NCBI RefSeq assembly: GCF_037042905.1
Contig: NC_087252.1
Coordinates: 27,716,001-27,780,000 of the forward strand
Direction: 5' to 3'
Origin: Lytechinus pictus
Taxonomy: Eukaryota
Length of the DNA: 64,000 bases
The notes below the pieces were generated by a model. That model ran no database searches and was not told where the DNA came from. It saw nothing but the letters and a program-made list of their open reading frames with translations. The position numbers were made by a program, and so were the translations under genes. This document shows positions 1 to 14,954 of this stretch, piece after piece (the first letter of the stretch is position 1; every line of letters begins with the position of its first letter).

Positions 1-3000
1 AAGTGGCACGTACATCGTAGCCAACCCCTCTCGGGGGGGGGGGGGGCGTTGGGGGAAGTCACCCCTCCCCCTTTTGCTAATTGCCAATTTATTTGAAAAT
101 TCACCATTTTGGACCCAACATTGAGGTAAAAAAGTGTTTGTGCTTTATAGTATTTTATTGCTTTGAGAAAGTAGAATTAGTTCTACCAGCTACATAAATA
201 AGCGCTAGCACATCGAACCCTAGCCCTCTCAGGGGCTGTCAAAGTCACCCCCTCCTCTATATCATGTATATTGCCTACTTATAGAAAATTTCACCATTTT
301 GGATCACCCATTGAGGCATAAGGGCGTTTCTATATCATACAGCCAATTTTATTTTCTTGCAATTACTTGGAGAGAAAAGCTTAGACTTTGCTCTATCAGC
401 TACATATTATTAAGAAGCGCTGGCACATCGAAATCTATCCCACTCAGGGGCTGTCTAAGTCAACCCCTCCCCCTCTATATCATGTATATTGCCTATTTAT
501 TGGAAATTACACCATTTTGAATCGCCCATTGAGGCAAAAGTGCGTTTCTACTATATAGTACAGCCAATTTCATTTTCTTGCAATGACTTGGAGAGGAAAG
601 AGTAGGCTTTGCTCTATCAGCTACATATAAACAAGTGCTGGCAAAGAAAAGCCTACCCCCTCCGGGAAGCTGTTGAAACCACCCCATCCCTTTTGCATTA
701 TAGCATAATTATTGAAAAATTCACCATTTTGAAGCCCCCATTTACGCAAAAAGGGGTTTCTGATATATAGTTATGCCACTTTTACTGCCTTGAAACCACT
801 TAGGGAGGAAAGAATGGGTTTTGTTTTATCGGCCACATAAAGAAGTGCAGGCAAATAAAAGCATACCTCCTCCGGGAGGCTGTTGAAATCACCCCATCCC
901 TTTTGCATTATTGCCTATTTATTGGAAAATTCACCATTTTGGAGCCCCCATTTAGGCAAAAAGGCGTTCCTGATATATAGTTCTGCCACTTTTACTGCCT
1001 TGAAACCACTTAGGGAGGAAAGAATAGGTTTTGCTTGATCAGCCTCATATAAAGAAGTGCAGGCAAATAAAAGCCTACTTCCTTAAGGGGACTGTCGAAA
1101 TTACCCCCCCCCCCCTTGAAATTCACCATTTTGGAGCCCGCATTGGGGCAAAAAGGCGTTTCTGATATATAGTTCTGCCAGTTTTAATGCCTTGAAACCA
1201 CTTAGGGAGGAAATAATAGGTTTTGCTTTATCAGCCACATATAAAGGTGCAGGCAAATAAAAGCCTACCCCCTCCAGGAGGCTGTCGAAATCACCCATCC
1301 CTTTTGCATTGCCTATTTATTGAAAAAGTCACCACTTTGGAGCCCCCATTGAGGCAGAAAGTCATTTCTGATTATGTTTCTGCCGTTTTTCACCCTTGAA
1401 AATATTTGGAGAGAAAAAGAATAGGCTTTGCTTTAACAGCTACATATAAAGACATGCTCGCAAAAAAGGCCTATCCCCATCAGAGGGCTGTTGAATTCAC
1501 CCCACCCCTATTTCATTATTGCTTATTTATTGAAAAATTGACCATTTTTGAGCCCCCATTTAGGCAAAAAGGCGATTCTGATATACAGTTCTGCCACTAT
1601 TACCGCCTTAAAACTACTTGGAGAGGAAAGAGTAGGCTTTCCTCTAACAGGTACATATAAAGAAGTGGCTCTACTATATACCAGAAACATGTTTTTTTGC
1701 CTCAATGGGGGCTCCAAAATGGCGAGTTTTCCAATGAATTGGCAAAAATCGTAAAAAAGGTGGGGTAAAATCATGAAAAAGGTGAGGTAACATCTACATG
1801 TATCGTCCCCTGAAGTGGGTCAGGCTTCAATATGGCAGCAATTCGTTATATATATCTGAAAGAGGGGAACCTACTCTTTCATCTCCAAGGGTTTCAAGAA
1901 AGAGAAATTGGGTGTTTTATACAGCAGAAGTGCATATCGCCTCAATGGGGGCTCAAAAATTGTGAATTTTCAAATAATTAGGCAATAATGCAAGAGGGGT
2001 GGGGTGATTTGACAGCCGCCCAGATGGGTAAGCTTCAATGTGCCAGCACTTCTTTACAGAGCAAAGCATATTATTTCCTCCTTAATTGGTTTCAAGGCAG
2101 TAAAAGTGGCAGAACTATATATCAGTGATGCCTCTTTACCTCAATGGGGGCTCAAAAATTGGGAATTTCCAATAAATAGACAATAACGCAAAGGGGTGAG
2201 GGGGCTGATTTCGACAGCCCCCGGAAGGGGTAGGCTTTTATTTGCCAGCACAAAATTATGCAGCTGATTGAGCAAAGCCTATTCTTTCCTCTCTAAATGG
2301 TTTCAAGGCAATAAAAGTGGCAGAACTATATATCAGAGACACCTTTTTGCTTCAGTGGGGGCTCCAAAATGGTGACTTTTCAACGAATAACCAAATACCG
2401 AAAATTAGTGGGGTAACTTCTAAAGCCGCCTGAAGGATATAGGCTTCGATTTGCCAACACTTATGTAGCTGATAGAGCAAAGCCTACTCTTTCTTCTCAA
2501 AGTCATTGCAAGAAAATAAAATTGGCTGTACTATATAGTAGGAACGCGCTTTTGCCTCAATGGGTGATCTAAAGTGGTGAAATATCCAATAAATCGGCAA
2601 TATACTTGATATAGAGGGGGGGGGGGGGGTGACTTAGACAGCCCCTGAGAGGGCTAGGGTTCGATGTGCCAGTGCTTATTTATATGTAGCTGGTAGAACA
2701 AACTATACACTTTCCTAAGTGGTTTCAAATAAATAAAATGGGGTGTACAACAAAGCACAAACGCTCTTTGGCCTCAATGTTGGGTCAAAAATTGTGAATT
2801 TTCAAATAAATATGCAATATTAAGCAAAAGCCCCCCCCCCCGAGAGGGGTAGGCTTCGATGTTCCACTTCTTTGGATGTAGCTGGTAAAACAAAGCCTAC
2901 TCTTTCCTATCCAAGTGGTTTCAAAGCAATCAAAGTGGCTGTACTGTATAGTAGAAATGCCTGTTTTTGCTTCAATGGGTGCTCCAAAAAACAGTGATTT

Positions 3001-3170
3001 TTTTTTTTCAACAAATAGGCAATATACAACAACATGATATAGCCAAGGGGGGGGGGGGGGGGGGCTTCGACACTCCCACCCCATGAGAGTGTTAGGCCTT
3101 GATGTGCCAACATTTTGTTTTATGTAGCTGATAGAGAAAAGCCTACTTTTAACTATCCAAGTGATTAACG
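1..3170. repeat. Foldback array of a ~160-bp tandem repeat; orientation flips at ~1665
   Basis: Units with ...ttcaccattttggagcccccatt.aggcaaaaaggcgtttctgatatatag... recur on + to ~1665, then as reverse complement (gcctcaatgggggctccaaaatggtgaa) to ~3170. Confidence 0.9.
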
Positions 3171-3786
3171 AGCAGAGATAATTGCATTTAATTTGTAACT
3201 ATACATTATACATATTATACATGTTATACGTATTAGTCTATGAAAATGCATACAAAAAGCGACATTTCTGAAATTGAAGTATTCAAGTTTGATACCTTAT
3301 AAATTTGCTAAGAAGAATGATACAGAGTTGGAATTTCATCCACATGATAATAGTATATCAATAAAGTTTTTTGGAACATTTCAAGATAATTAATTCATTT
3401 TTCTTAGAATTATGTAAAATCATGTATTTGCAAAATTTTCAATTTTTGGAAAAAAATGACAAAAAATGCAGTTTTCTACTTAAAATTTCAGCCAAATGAC
3501 TTACTTATCCCCTATAAATGGTACCAAATTGTAGGAAATTTAGTTGTCTTTCATATGACACTAATTTTGTGGCAATGGAATGTTTATGTCAAAATCTATG
3601 TACGAAAATTCAAATGTTCTGAAAATTTGGCGGCCATTTTGAAAAAAGCGCCCTCACGGGTTAATTTTCAGGATACAGCCTGGTTACCTCATATATTCAT
3701 ATTCAGCGTAAAAAACTGGTCTAGAAGCACTATATGAAAATTTTTCCTTTTCCGTGTGGCACCTTGCTCAATTATAACCCGGACTA
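1..3786. mobile_element. Right part of a probable Academ-like foldback transposon (left end outside window)
   Basis: Ends in ...cccggaCTA at 3786, like the TAG...CTA elements at 6728-8626 and 23598-26696; contains an inverted satellite array. Confidence 0.5.
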
Positions 3787-3816
3787 ATATATATATATAT
3801 ATATAATGTATATATA

Positions 3817-3889
<73 letters not shown>

Positions 3890-3898
3890 GTATATATA

Positions 3899-3932
<34 letters not shown>
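3787..3932. repeat. (TA)n microsatellite
   Basis: Interrupted TA dinucleotide run. Confidence 0.97.
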
Positions 3933-3934
<2 letters not shown>

Positions 3935-6020
3935 ATTCCACACAATGGTGGGTCCGGAGTACATTTGTGGGTAAGAGAGTTATTACATTTGCCGGCGATC
4001 TTTTGTGTGTAATGTGTTATACGTTTGAGGGTGTTATTACATTGTGGGTAACATCTCTCGCCCGAATGACAAAAATAAATACTTTTGTGCCCCGATGATT
4101 TTTCCTTGAAAGTGCCTCAGGCAGTGTTCGAAATTGAGTGTCTCTTAAATTTTAATATGGTGCCCCCCCCCCCCCCGCTGCCTCTCTGAAAAGCTTTTCA
4201 TTGCCGATGGCACTGTAGCTACCTTATGCAGGCATGTATTAATTTTAACAGTAATGTTATGAAAAATTTCATGGGAAATAGCATTAATATTGATTAAAAA
4301 ACAGTAATTTGAACATACCCCGGAGGTTTGCACATTTCCCGTGAAAAGTGTTCATTTGCACGTATCCCGTCGTCACGTTTGCACAGATGCCGTTGATAAA
4401 TTTTGACAGATTTGCACATGTCCCTGTCTGGCGTTTGCACAAATACCGTTGTTTGCACAAATCCCGGCGAAATTATGCACATATATGCACATATCCCGGC
4501 GTTTTGCACATAACACGGCTCCACAATCCGCCATTGATTTGTCCCTTTTTATACATATTTTCAACTTTAATCAATTTCATGGGTGTTCCTCTGTATATCA
4601 AGCATGGCGGATTTTGAAGGAATGGCTCCATACCATCATTTGGTGCCTTTATTCTAGGAAAAAAAAACCATATAATTCTACTACAGAAAAAAGTAGGCCC
4701 ATACATGAAATAGAATCGCCGAATAATTAACATATTTTAAGTGAGTTGCTGATTAACGTCTTAAATCAAATGCACTAATTTAAAACACTCGCCTATACGT
4801 GATATTCGTTTGACTAAACAGCTGCCACGCCATGCAACATTTGATTTTGAATGCCCATTTCTTAACTTCCGTGCACTTACTTAAAAGACAAGTCCACCCC
4901 AACAAAAAGTTGAATTGAATAAGAGAAAAATTCAACAATCATAACACTGAAAATTTCATCAAAATCAGATGTAAAATAATAAAGTTATGACATTTAAAGT
5001 TTCGCTTAATTTCACAAAACAGTTATATGAACAACCTGGTCGGTATGCAAATGAGACTGATGACGTCATCCACTCACTATTTCTCCTGTATTTTATTGTA
5101 TGAAATATCAAATATTCTGATTTTCTCCTCATTGTCAAGTGAAACAACGATTAGTTCCTCCTTGAACATGTGGAATTAGCATTGTTCAATATGATATGGT
5201 TCAGTCAAGTTGGTCCTTATTATCAAATCTGTAAGAAATGAAATATTGTACATTTCAAACAATAAAAAACAATGATTGAGTGACATCATAGACTCTCTCA
5301 TTTGCATATCACTGTTTTGTGAAAATAAGCGAAGCTTTAAATGTCATAACTTTCATACACTGTAAAAAACAATAATTGAAATTACTCAATAAAATTGTGG
5401 CAAAAATTGCTTATTTTTTTTTCAAGTATTTATGAGTTTGGCAGATTTAAGTAAAATTTACTTATTTTCTTTGCATTTATTACTCAAGAAAATTAAGATA
5501 AAATAACTTAATTCAATTAAGTAGAACAATCACTAAAATATTTGGAAAAAAATCAAATGGGGGAGTGGACTATCGTGATTCGAAAGTCCCCTCCCCCATC
5601 GTCCCACTTTTAGTGGCACCATTTTCATCTTAGACATCTTTTATCCAAATATTAGACTTTATGCATTGCCAAATACCTGTTCATTTATAGATACTGACAT
5701 TGATATTTATACGCGATCGTTTCATTCTAACAAATAGTGAGAATGATATAAGCATTTTCTGAAAACCTGAAAAGAAATCTGAAATTTTTTGCTTAATGAC
5801 TATTTAATGTTGTTCTTTCTTTGATTCAACAAAATAATAAAATAGTTAGCACATCCTTATCCAAAACATTTTCAAACACAAATAAATATGACTGTTATTA
5901 AAAAACATTTGCTTGCTCTAATGAATATTCATGCATTATTTAAATAAGGCGTAGTACATTCAACATGATTTCTTAAAGTTATATTGAACCCAAATAAATC
6001 AAGTAAATCAAGTAAATCAA

Positions 6021-6447
6021 GAGAGCGAAGTTGGCTCAGTCGGTAAAGCGTCTGCCCGTCGAACCAAAGATCGTGGGTTTGAGTCCACCCCTGAAGCCAG
6101 TGCGTTGTGTGTAAACGTCTCTCCCCTGTTTCAAAGATGCAGGCTATGTTACAGTGGAAAACACTCCGTCCCTCGGATAGGACGTTAAATGGAGGCCCCG
6201 TGTAGAGGAGAATCACCACCTTTGCACGTTAAGAACCCACTGCACTATCCGAATAAGAGTAGGGGAAAACCCCGGTGTAGTGGTCCACCTGCATTCCACC
6301 AACCAGTTATCGGGAGGAGAGACTGCGGGTCACAGGTCTGTGTGCGCGCCCTTCTAGGCGACCCAGATTGGCTGGCTCCTCCAATGCGCCTTTGAATGTC
6401 TTTGACAGATATATGGCGCTATACAAATGCTGTGCATCATCATCATC
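6021..6447 (+). mobile_element. tRNA-derived SINE with (CAT)n tail
   Basis: A box tggctcagtcgg, B-box-like ggtttgagtcc, tail gcatcatcatcatc; 3' fragments recur at 35007-35182 (-) and 58140-58321 (+). Confidence 0.85.
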
Positions 6448-6727
6448 AAATTAAAAGATAAGTTTAAACTACTGAAAAAACGAAAATAATTACAAATTAT
6501 AAATTCTACTTATATACAAGTGTTAAATACTGATCCGGGCTTTTTAACAGTTTATTTTACATCCGATTCTAATACAATTTTCAGCACTACTCTGTTAGAA
6601 AAACAGAACATTTTACAGAAGAGAAAAAAACCCCGATTTTATGGAAAGGAAAAAACCAAATCATTCTGTAAATTGTTATAACATGAACAATTTTGTGCAT
6701 TTTTTCTAAAATTTTACAGTACAGGTC

Positions 6728-8626
6728 TAGTCCAGTCTATATAGGGCGTGACCCACCACTAATTGCAACACGGGATATTCCACTGCAATACTTTTCAGGA
6801 AGGTCTGCTAAACAACATACTAAAAGTCCCCAAAAATCCAAGCAGTGTAAATTTATGAAATTTCAAAAAATATGCAAATTAGCCATAAAAAGCTAAAAAA
6901 ATAAGGAAAATAGTATAAAGATTACAAATTTAGTGTTCAAAACAATTTAATGTGAGTGAAAATTCATGTTTAATAACTCTTTTCAATGTTTCTAATCAAA
7001 AGATTAACCAAATCTACCTTATTTTCATATCATCCTTATATGGACAAAATATCAAGATATTGTGATTTTTCTCACATTGACCAGTTGACTGCTTGAAAAC
7101 ATTTCATTCATGTTGAAATTCACATGCTGCTGTCACTGAGGATGTTGAATACATTTACATGTATATTCAGCTTAGTGTCTGTAGTGTAATTTGCATATTA
7201 TGCAAATAATTACCTAACATCTTATAAATAATCATTAAAACATACTGGTGATGCATTCCTAAAAAATTGCAAGTAGATTATCTATTGAAATTGGAATATT
7301 ATGGCAATGCCTCACAGGAAGGTTTCCTAAACACCATACTAAAAGTCCTACAATACACAAGCATAGGAAACTCACAAAATTTGCATTTTATGCAAATTAG
7401 TCACAATAAGTTGCAAATAAAGAAAATCCAAATATTGGAAATCAAGTGCAGAAAACAATATAAATTGAACGGAAGTTCATGATAAATTCTACTAATTCAT
7501 TTATTTTTAAAATCAGAAATCGTAAATAAATCTACCCAATTTGCATATGTATATACATATGCAAATGCTCATATGCAAATAAAAAATGTGCTTTGTTGTT
7601 GCCAATCCTATCATCTTGCCAAACTAACAACATGGCTTTATGAAGCGAAGATCATGTGAAACACAACTCATCTTAACCATCAAAGACTTCGCTAAAGGAC
7701 TTTGAAAAATCATTTGACAAAACAACTTATCGTTGATGTAGACTAACCACTATTGAATACGTTACTATTCTCTTAATTGGATCAATAGGTTTTAATGGCC
7801 AAACTAAGCATATTACACGAGGTGGTCATTGTCAGGACTAGGATCGCATCTGGAGTGGCCTAAGGTACTGCACTTGGCCCGCTTCTCTTTCTTAATTGTT
7901 TATATCAATGATCTGACTGACCGTAATCTGCAGTGGCCCGAACGCTTCTCACATGATCCAGCCTATTACTAGTACTACATCTCTTGATGCTTTCAATGCT
8001 TTAGGTGGGATACAGAGATGATGTCCACAAAAACAAGAATGTTTTACCAACATATTTATGCACCACCAAGAACAGAAACTTTGATTATACAATAAAATTA
8101 TATTTGAAAATATACACAACCAGTGGGTTCATCCTCTGTACCATAAAGAAGCACTTCAAATGAAAGATAAATAAATTTGTATATTATGCATATTAGGCAA
8201 TACTATTCAGAATAGCGCTTTCTAAATGTGCCCCATCACATCCTCTAATCTTGAAAACGTAAATAATATATTGTTCATTCAAGGGTTTAAGCCATAATAG
8301 CTTTTTGGAATATTTTCGGTTTTCAACCACAGACAAAGATAATTTGCATATAACTGATAGTTCAATTACAAATATTTGAATGACTTAGGACTTGAAATAT
8401 GGTGTTTGGGAGAATTTTGCTGAATGAAATTCTAAATTGATTATCTACATGCAATTTATAAAAGGAACATATTTCCAGTATTTTTCCCTGAATATAAATT
8501 ATATTACGATAAATTTGCATACTTAGTGATAGCAACATATTAATTTGAACAGCTGAAACATTTTCACTGCAGTCAACGTGAGAAAAATCAAAATTTCTTT
8601 AAATATTCCATATAAGGACTGGACTA
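6728..8626. mobile_element. Academ-like non-autonomous element, 3-bp TSD GTC
   Basis: gtc|tagtccagtc ... gactggacta|gtc. Confidence 0.7.
7600..7990 (+). pseudogene. Heavily degraded LINE reverse transcriptase fragment
   Basis: Translates QHGFMKRRSCETQLILTIKDFAKG and SGVA*GTALGPLLF..YINDL, matching RT motifs of the LINE at 37326-39816. Confidence 0.75.
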
Positions 8627-10559
8627 GTCTGTTTTAAAACAGGGGAAAACAGTTTTATTACAATAAATTTGCAAAGTTACATACACCAAATACAAATCTT
8701 CTGTAATTTTACACAAATGCATGTAAGATTACACAGTGCAGTAAGATTACAGGTGATCTCGAGACTCTGCTGCAGGAATTTTTGTATTCTTAAGTAGAAA
8801 TTTTCCAGCAGTGTATGCTTCTTTTATTTTTCTCTATCGAATCAAATCAACATTTAGTGGAGGTGCCGTGGCCGAGAGGTCTAAGGCACTTATGCCCATG
8901 AGCAAGGCATTTAATCTACCATGCTCGTTTATCCTGCTTTCAAATAAATGGAAAATGCCTTATGCATTATTGGTATTAAACTAGGTGTGCACTTGTTAAA
9001 AAAAATTAAATTGAGGGGGTGGACTTGACCTTTAAAGTATTAGTAACACATTTGAAATATAATGAATTCACATGTAGAAAAAAATACTTTGAATGCCCAC
9101 TCATTAAATGGCATGCTCAATAACAAAAAATCACTTGATTCACTTGAAAAATGTTTTGTGGATAAATGGTTATGCTTGCGAATTCATGAAATTGCATGCT
9201 GTTTATGTACATTTTCGTGACTTCTATGATGATTATTTTGCACGGAAATACATTCAAGTGACAAATAACGACAGCCAATGGCAAATAACCGAGGCGATCA
9301 TGGCTATTGCGAATTTAAATGCTAATAACATTAAATCAAATGATTTAAATGTGAAATTAAGCGGGAACACATATAAAGAAGAGTGTACATAATTTAGGGT
9401 AATACAATGACTATTTGATATTTAAGGGAACCTTGCATGGTCATCTCCCTCCTACTTTGGGGTCGCCCCCTACCACTTTCAAAACCATTTCGCAGATATA
9501 TAAAACGTGAATTATAAAAGCTTTGTATTTTGCCATCTCTCTTTCCAAAACTAATTATTACGCGGAACAGTGAAATAATTTTGTAATAGATTCCATACCT
9601 TGGTACGTGTGTAAAAATTCCATCACCCATTTCGACCCAGAAGCATTTTCTTCATAATCATGCCTAGCGCTGTGTCCAAGGGGATAAAAATGTGAAATGG
9701 ATCATAGATAAGATAGGCACGAAAATAAAACACGAGTAATTTATATTATGAACAGATCTAAATAGGTTAAAGGGAAAAGGTATTGAAAAAGACTAACATC
9801 TTATTTAAAAACAAGGCATCTAGCCCACGTGAATCAGTTAAAGGGGGAATCCAATCGCCCCAAAAATTGCTTTGAGAGGGGAAAAGAAAAATTGGACCAG
9901 TAGTTACGGTGAACTTAAAAAATTGGTCCTGAGAAGTCAATTCGAAGTTTGAGTCGAATTCATTTGGCTTATTTGATTTCTAACATAAAATTACAAATCC
10001 AATTTTTTCTAAATACAAATCAGAAAAAAATCTTTATTGGAATATATTTATTTAGGTAAAACACCAAATCAGTATGAAAAAAATGTTTTACATAAAAATC
10101 CCGAAAATTGTAAAATCAAAATTAAAAGCTGATAAAATAATACGACCATCTGCATAAAATAAACTTTATAAACAAAATAAGAATGACACTGGCAATTCGC
10201 TGTTTACGCAATTTACTACAAATTATCATTTAGAAGTAAAAAAAAGGATGAGAAACCTGAATCCACTTGCAAACTTCGTCACCCATTAGAGGAGCAAACA
10301 GTACGCAACCACCCACTTACCCAACACACCTTTACCAACACCCCACCCAACATCCACTCATAAACTGTCAACAAACAATCACAGAAGACTGACCATCCGG
10401 TAATACAACATACATTAATAACAACAATCCACATACTACTCATTCTTAAACATACAATGTATACATACATGGACAACTATTATGAATGGAAGACGAAGCA
10501 TGCAGCGTCCAGGTCCGCGCTCAATACGAATTATTGCACTAACAGATTAAAAAGAGACT

Positions 10560-10850
10560 ATAAATAAATGCAGCTGGACATGTAAATTGGTAAAAAATAG
10601 ATGAACAATCAGTAAAAAAAATTATTTTATTTTTTATACAAATACTTAAAAGATAGTAAGGATGCTGAGTTTTTTTTTTTTTTTATAGCATATGGCAAGG
10701 TATTCCACAGCTTGACTCCCTCATACATAAAACCATGTTTGAAACATTGGGTCTTGGCAAGATAACATAGTCCAGTCATTTTAACTTTTATCTTGGAACA
10801 AATTGCAACAGAATTGATTCCAATGCAGAACATTTTTTTGAGGTCCATAG
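10560..10850 (-). mobile_element. 3' fragment of L2/CR1-group LINE
   Basis: ORF piece FMYEGVKLWNTLP...FK resembles the LINE ORF2 C-terminus. Confidence 0.55.
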
Positions 10851-10984
10851 AAGACCATACTAAAAGTCCCCAAAACCCGAATAGGGGAAAGTGTTCTAAT
10901 TTGCATACACATAATGGTTAGTTTGTATCATATTCAATCATTTAGTTTACGTAGCAGATGGCGCTAGTGCATATTATGTACTCA

Positions 10985-12570
10985 GCGTCGATGTGCTCAC
11001 AATTTTTGATATGTAGCTGAAAAAATCTTCTCTTTCATCCTCAAGTGGTTTTACTTTATCGCAGAATGGGGGGGGGGGGGGTCAAAACCGCGAATTTTTT
11101 TCATAAAAGGAGGGAAAATAGGCAAAAGGGTGGGGAGACTTCAGCAACACCTGAGGCCCTCAGGCTGAGGGGGTAGGCTTTGTTGTGCCAGCAGTTCTTT
11201 ATAATGATAGAGGAAAATCTACTTTTTTATCTCCAAGTGGTTACAAAACTACGAAATAGGGTTGCTATAGAGCAGAACCACTGTTTTGCCTCATGTGGGG
11301 CTCCAAATTGGCGGATTTTCCCATAAATTGACAAAATACGGAAAAGGGGTGGGTGACTTCAGAAGCCCCTTGAAGGGGTAGAATTCGATTTGCCAGCACT
11401 CTTTTAAGAGACGCAGATAGAGGATAAGATACCCTTCAGTTTCCAAGTGGTTTTAAAACAATAAAAGTGGCTTACTATCTTAGCAGAAACACCTTTTGCC
11501 TCAATGAGGGCTCCGAATTTATAGATCTTCCATAAATTGACAAAATATGGAAAAGGAGTGATTGACTTTGGCAAACCCCTGAGGGGGTAGGCTTTGCTGT
11601 GCCAGCACTTCGTTGTAATGAAGGTGATAGAGGAAAATCTGCTTTTTTATCTCCAAGTACTTACAAAACAATAAAAGTGGTCTACTGCAGAGGGAGAAAC
11701 GTATCTTACCTCAATGGGGCTCCCAAATGGCAATTTTCCAAGAAAATGGCAAAATACGCAAAAGTGGTTGGTGACTTCGGCAGTCCTATGAGGGGGTAAG
11801 ATTTTCTGTGCCATCAATTTTTCATATGTAACTGACAGATAAAAGCCTACTCCTTTGCCTCCAAGTGATTTCAAAATAACAAAAGAGGGTTGCTATAGAG
11901 CAGAAACACTGTTTTGCCTCAAGTGGGGCTCCAAATTGGCGGATTTTTCCCATAAATTGACAAAATACGGAAAAGGGTTGGGTGACTTCAGCAGCACCCT
12001 GAGGGATGTAGGTCTCGATATATTTGCCAGCACTTCTTTATATGAAGCAGATAGAAGAAAAGGCTACTCTTTCGTTTCCAAATGGTTTTAAAACAATAAA
12101 AATGGCTTACTATATAGCATAAACACCTTTATTGCCTCAATGAGGGCTACTAATTTATAGTTTTCCATGAATCGGCAATATATGGAAAAGGGGTGGGTGA
12201 CTTTGGCAAACCCCTGAGGGGGTAGGCTTTGCTGTGCCAGCATTTTTTTTTTTATTTAGCTGATAGAAGAAAAATCAAATTCTTCATCCCAAAGTGCTTA
12301 CAAAACAAGAAAATTGGTTTACTGCAAAGGGGAAACGCATTTTGCCTCAAAGTTGCTCCAAAATGGCGAATTTTCCAAGAAATTGTCAAATACAAAAGGG
12401 GTTGGTGACTTCGGCAGTCCCCTGAGGGAGTACGATTTGCTGTGCCATCAATTTTTCCCATGTAACTGATAAAGAAAAGCCTACTCCTTTGGCTCCAAGT
12501 GATTTCAATACAACTATTTTTTTTTTCTGTAGCAAAAACATAATTTTGTCACATTGGGGGCTCCAAAAGC
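10985..12570 (-). repeat. Second array of the ~160-bp tandem repeat
   Basis: Same motifs as 1670-3170 (gcctcaatggggctccaaaatggcga; ggtaggctttgctgtgccagcacttc). Confidence 0.88.
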
Positions 12571-14130
12571 ACAATATTTTAATAGTTACATAACGGATAA
12601 GGGGACTACCTTCGACAGGCTATGTCGGACTATGCTTTAACGTGCCCGAACGTAATTGCATGCAGCATGCAGAGCAATGTTTTCTCTAACTTTTCCAAGA
12701 GATTTCATTTACATAAAAGTTGCTTTAAAAGGTAGAAAACGCCCTTTGCCAACATACCCATTTTAGTATCGCTACGCACATGACATGTATTTCTGCGTGT
12801 TAAGGCCACCGCACACCTTACGACTGTTCGCGATCCGATTTTGGAACAAATCGCATTTTGCTCATTTTCTGAAAATGTGAATGGAACATATCATTTTATT
12901 TTTATTTGGGCGATGGATAATGAGCTCGAGTATAATCCGAAATAATAGCCAAGGACAAAACGTATTCAAAACACGGTTTTTTATGAGGATTAATTTCCTT
13001 GAAATTACAAAGGATACTATCAAGGAGACACTGATAAGAGGTATTATCCCTATCATAGGCCATGATCAGGATCTTTTCATCATTTAAAACGTTTTTTTTT
13101 CCGGAGATGGCATTTTCAAAAGAAATATCTTCAAATATATAGAAAATATTGATAGTCCGTGAACGTGAGCTAATCTATTAGTTTTAAAGAGAATAAATAA
13201 AGAAACTAAATCGAACGGCGCTATTGAAGCCCCTTTCACAATGGTGGTGCGACTGCTTAAAATCGTGGCGATTGTGTGCAACATTTTGTACGCAACACAT
13301 TGTGATCAAAATGATCGCAAACGATTGCAAAACCATTTGTGAAAGGGACTTTAACCAATAAAGGTGTAGGGGATGGCCATGGGGTTAAAACTGTAGCGGG
13401 AATAATCCATGATCACTTATATTCAAGATGAGGAAAGCGGGGACTGGAAATGTTTACTTTTCTGTGAAGATTAAACTCCCGGATTAGACTCATAGTAGTA
13501 TAGGGCCGATACAGGCGTGACTGAAAAAGACTCAAAAAGTTCAGTCGGCATTCAACATGCACGCCACACACAATCGCACCTGAAAGACCGGCGATACACA
13601 ATCTGACAATAGACAGCTAAACAATACCAGACGCGGCAAAAGCCACGCAAAATGCCTCACGGTCCAATAAAATAGCTTGTGTTTCTCTCTTAAAAAACGT
13701 ATAATCAATGGTTGAAACGATTACAAAAGCTTATTTTCTTTCAGAAAAGATCTCAAAGATTCAGGAAAACCCAATTTTATTGTAAATCATAGACGGTTGC
13801 TAAGCACTTTCAGCCAATGAAAGGAGTTTCCGCGTGAAACATGTGAAAAAGGCTACGAGAAGTCTGAAAGCGGGCAAAACTTCAGAAGCGATTTTCTCGT
13901 AAAAATACTTTTTATGAACTCTCGTACCTGGGACATTTAAAGACTATTTTCTCTGCAAATACTGTATCCCTTAGCATGTGCTATATACCAAATTAAAGCT
14001 TGAGAAATGGAGAATCATAATCATTAAACAAATCATGTTAAAAAAAAATCGAGTTCCGTCTGCTTTTGACGTGACGAGTCACATATAACCATTTTGAAAG
14101 ATTGCAAGACTTTATTTTTAGACGGGTTAA

Positions 14131-14880
14131 CCCTAAATCTCCCGGGGTATTTTGATTCTTGTCATTCCCGGGGGGGGGGGGGGGCATTATGGCTCCCCTT
14201 AAGATTTCAGCCGCGGATTGCGCGATCACAACGAAAATTTGCATGATGGTGGAGAATGACGTAATCTACGCAGTTGCATTGGTAAATTTAACTGAATTTA
14301 TATATTTTTATTTTATATGAATTAATTATGCTAATTTATTCATGAAATCATACTTTTTGCTCTGATTCAATAAATAAAGCTCCTAGAATGCTATTTTTTG
14401 GTGGAAATATTCTTTATAGCATTCCTAACAATTGTGAAGGAAAAAAATTCTGGTACCAAGATCGATTTCTTATGTATTTTATTGTTTTTTTACTTTTTGT
14501 TTTTTATTGTTTTTTCGATGGAAATCGTTCCAGACTTAATTTTGATCATAAACAAGGCAAAATTAATCAAGTTTAATCAGTTAAAGTAGAAATAATGATA
14601 CATTTATGAATTTTGGCTAAATACACAATTTGCATTGGATTCGTACATGAAATCACGTTTATGAGCAATTTTGGGTCTGACATGCATTTACATGATGTTG
14701 CGTAATGTCGTAACCGCGTACCCGGGCGTCACAAATTTGGTCTCAAAATTTGCGCGAGACTTGAAAGTAAAAAGTCAGTGAGCGGCGAGGTCAAACAATT
14801 TTGCGCAGCAGATATATCGCGAAAATTGTCGAGGGGGGGGGGGCCATTATGCCCCCCCCCCCCCCCCGGGAGAATGAGGG
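14131..14880. mobile_element. piggyBac-like MITE (TTAA TSD)
   Basis: ttaa|ccct ... aggg|ttaa with subterminal G/C runs. Confidence 0.8.
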
Positions 14881-14954
14881 TTAATATACAACCAAAAATA
14901 CCCTTACCCGGAACAAATTGCAACAAATTATTTTTCAACGGGTTTTTTACTATA

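Larger units (their letters stand above)
4885..9031. mobile_element. Kolobok-like non-autonomous element (TTAA TSD) enlarged by nested insertions
   Basis: ttaa|aagacaagtccacccc ... ggggtggacttgacct|ttaa; a second copy of the 5' part lies at ~25627-26090. Confidence 0.75.

Noticed and set aside
299..3113. Short similar ORFs suggesting a gene family
   Set aside because: They arise from the 160-bp tandem repeat, and the frames are not conserved between units.
3689..4012. YI-rich ORFs
   Set aside because: These are translations of the (TA)n microsatellite.
6021..6095. tRNA gene
   Set aside because: The tRNA-like head continues into a SINE body with a (CAT)n tail, and no convincing cloverleaf forms.
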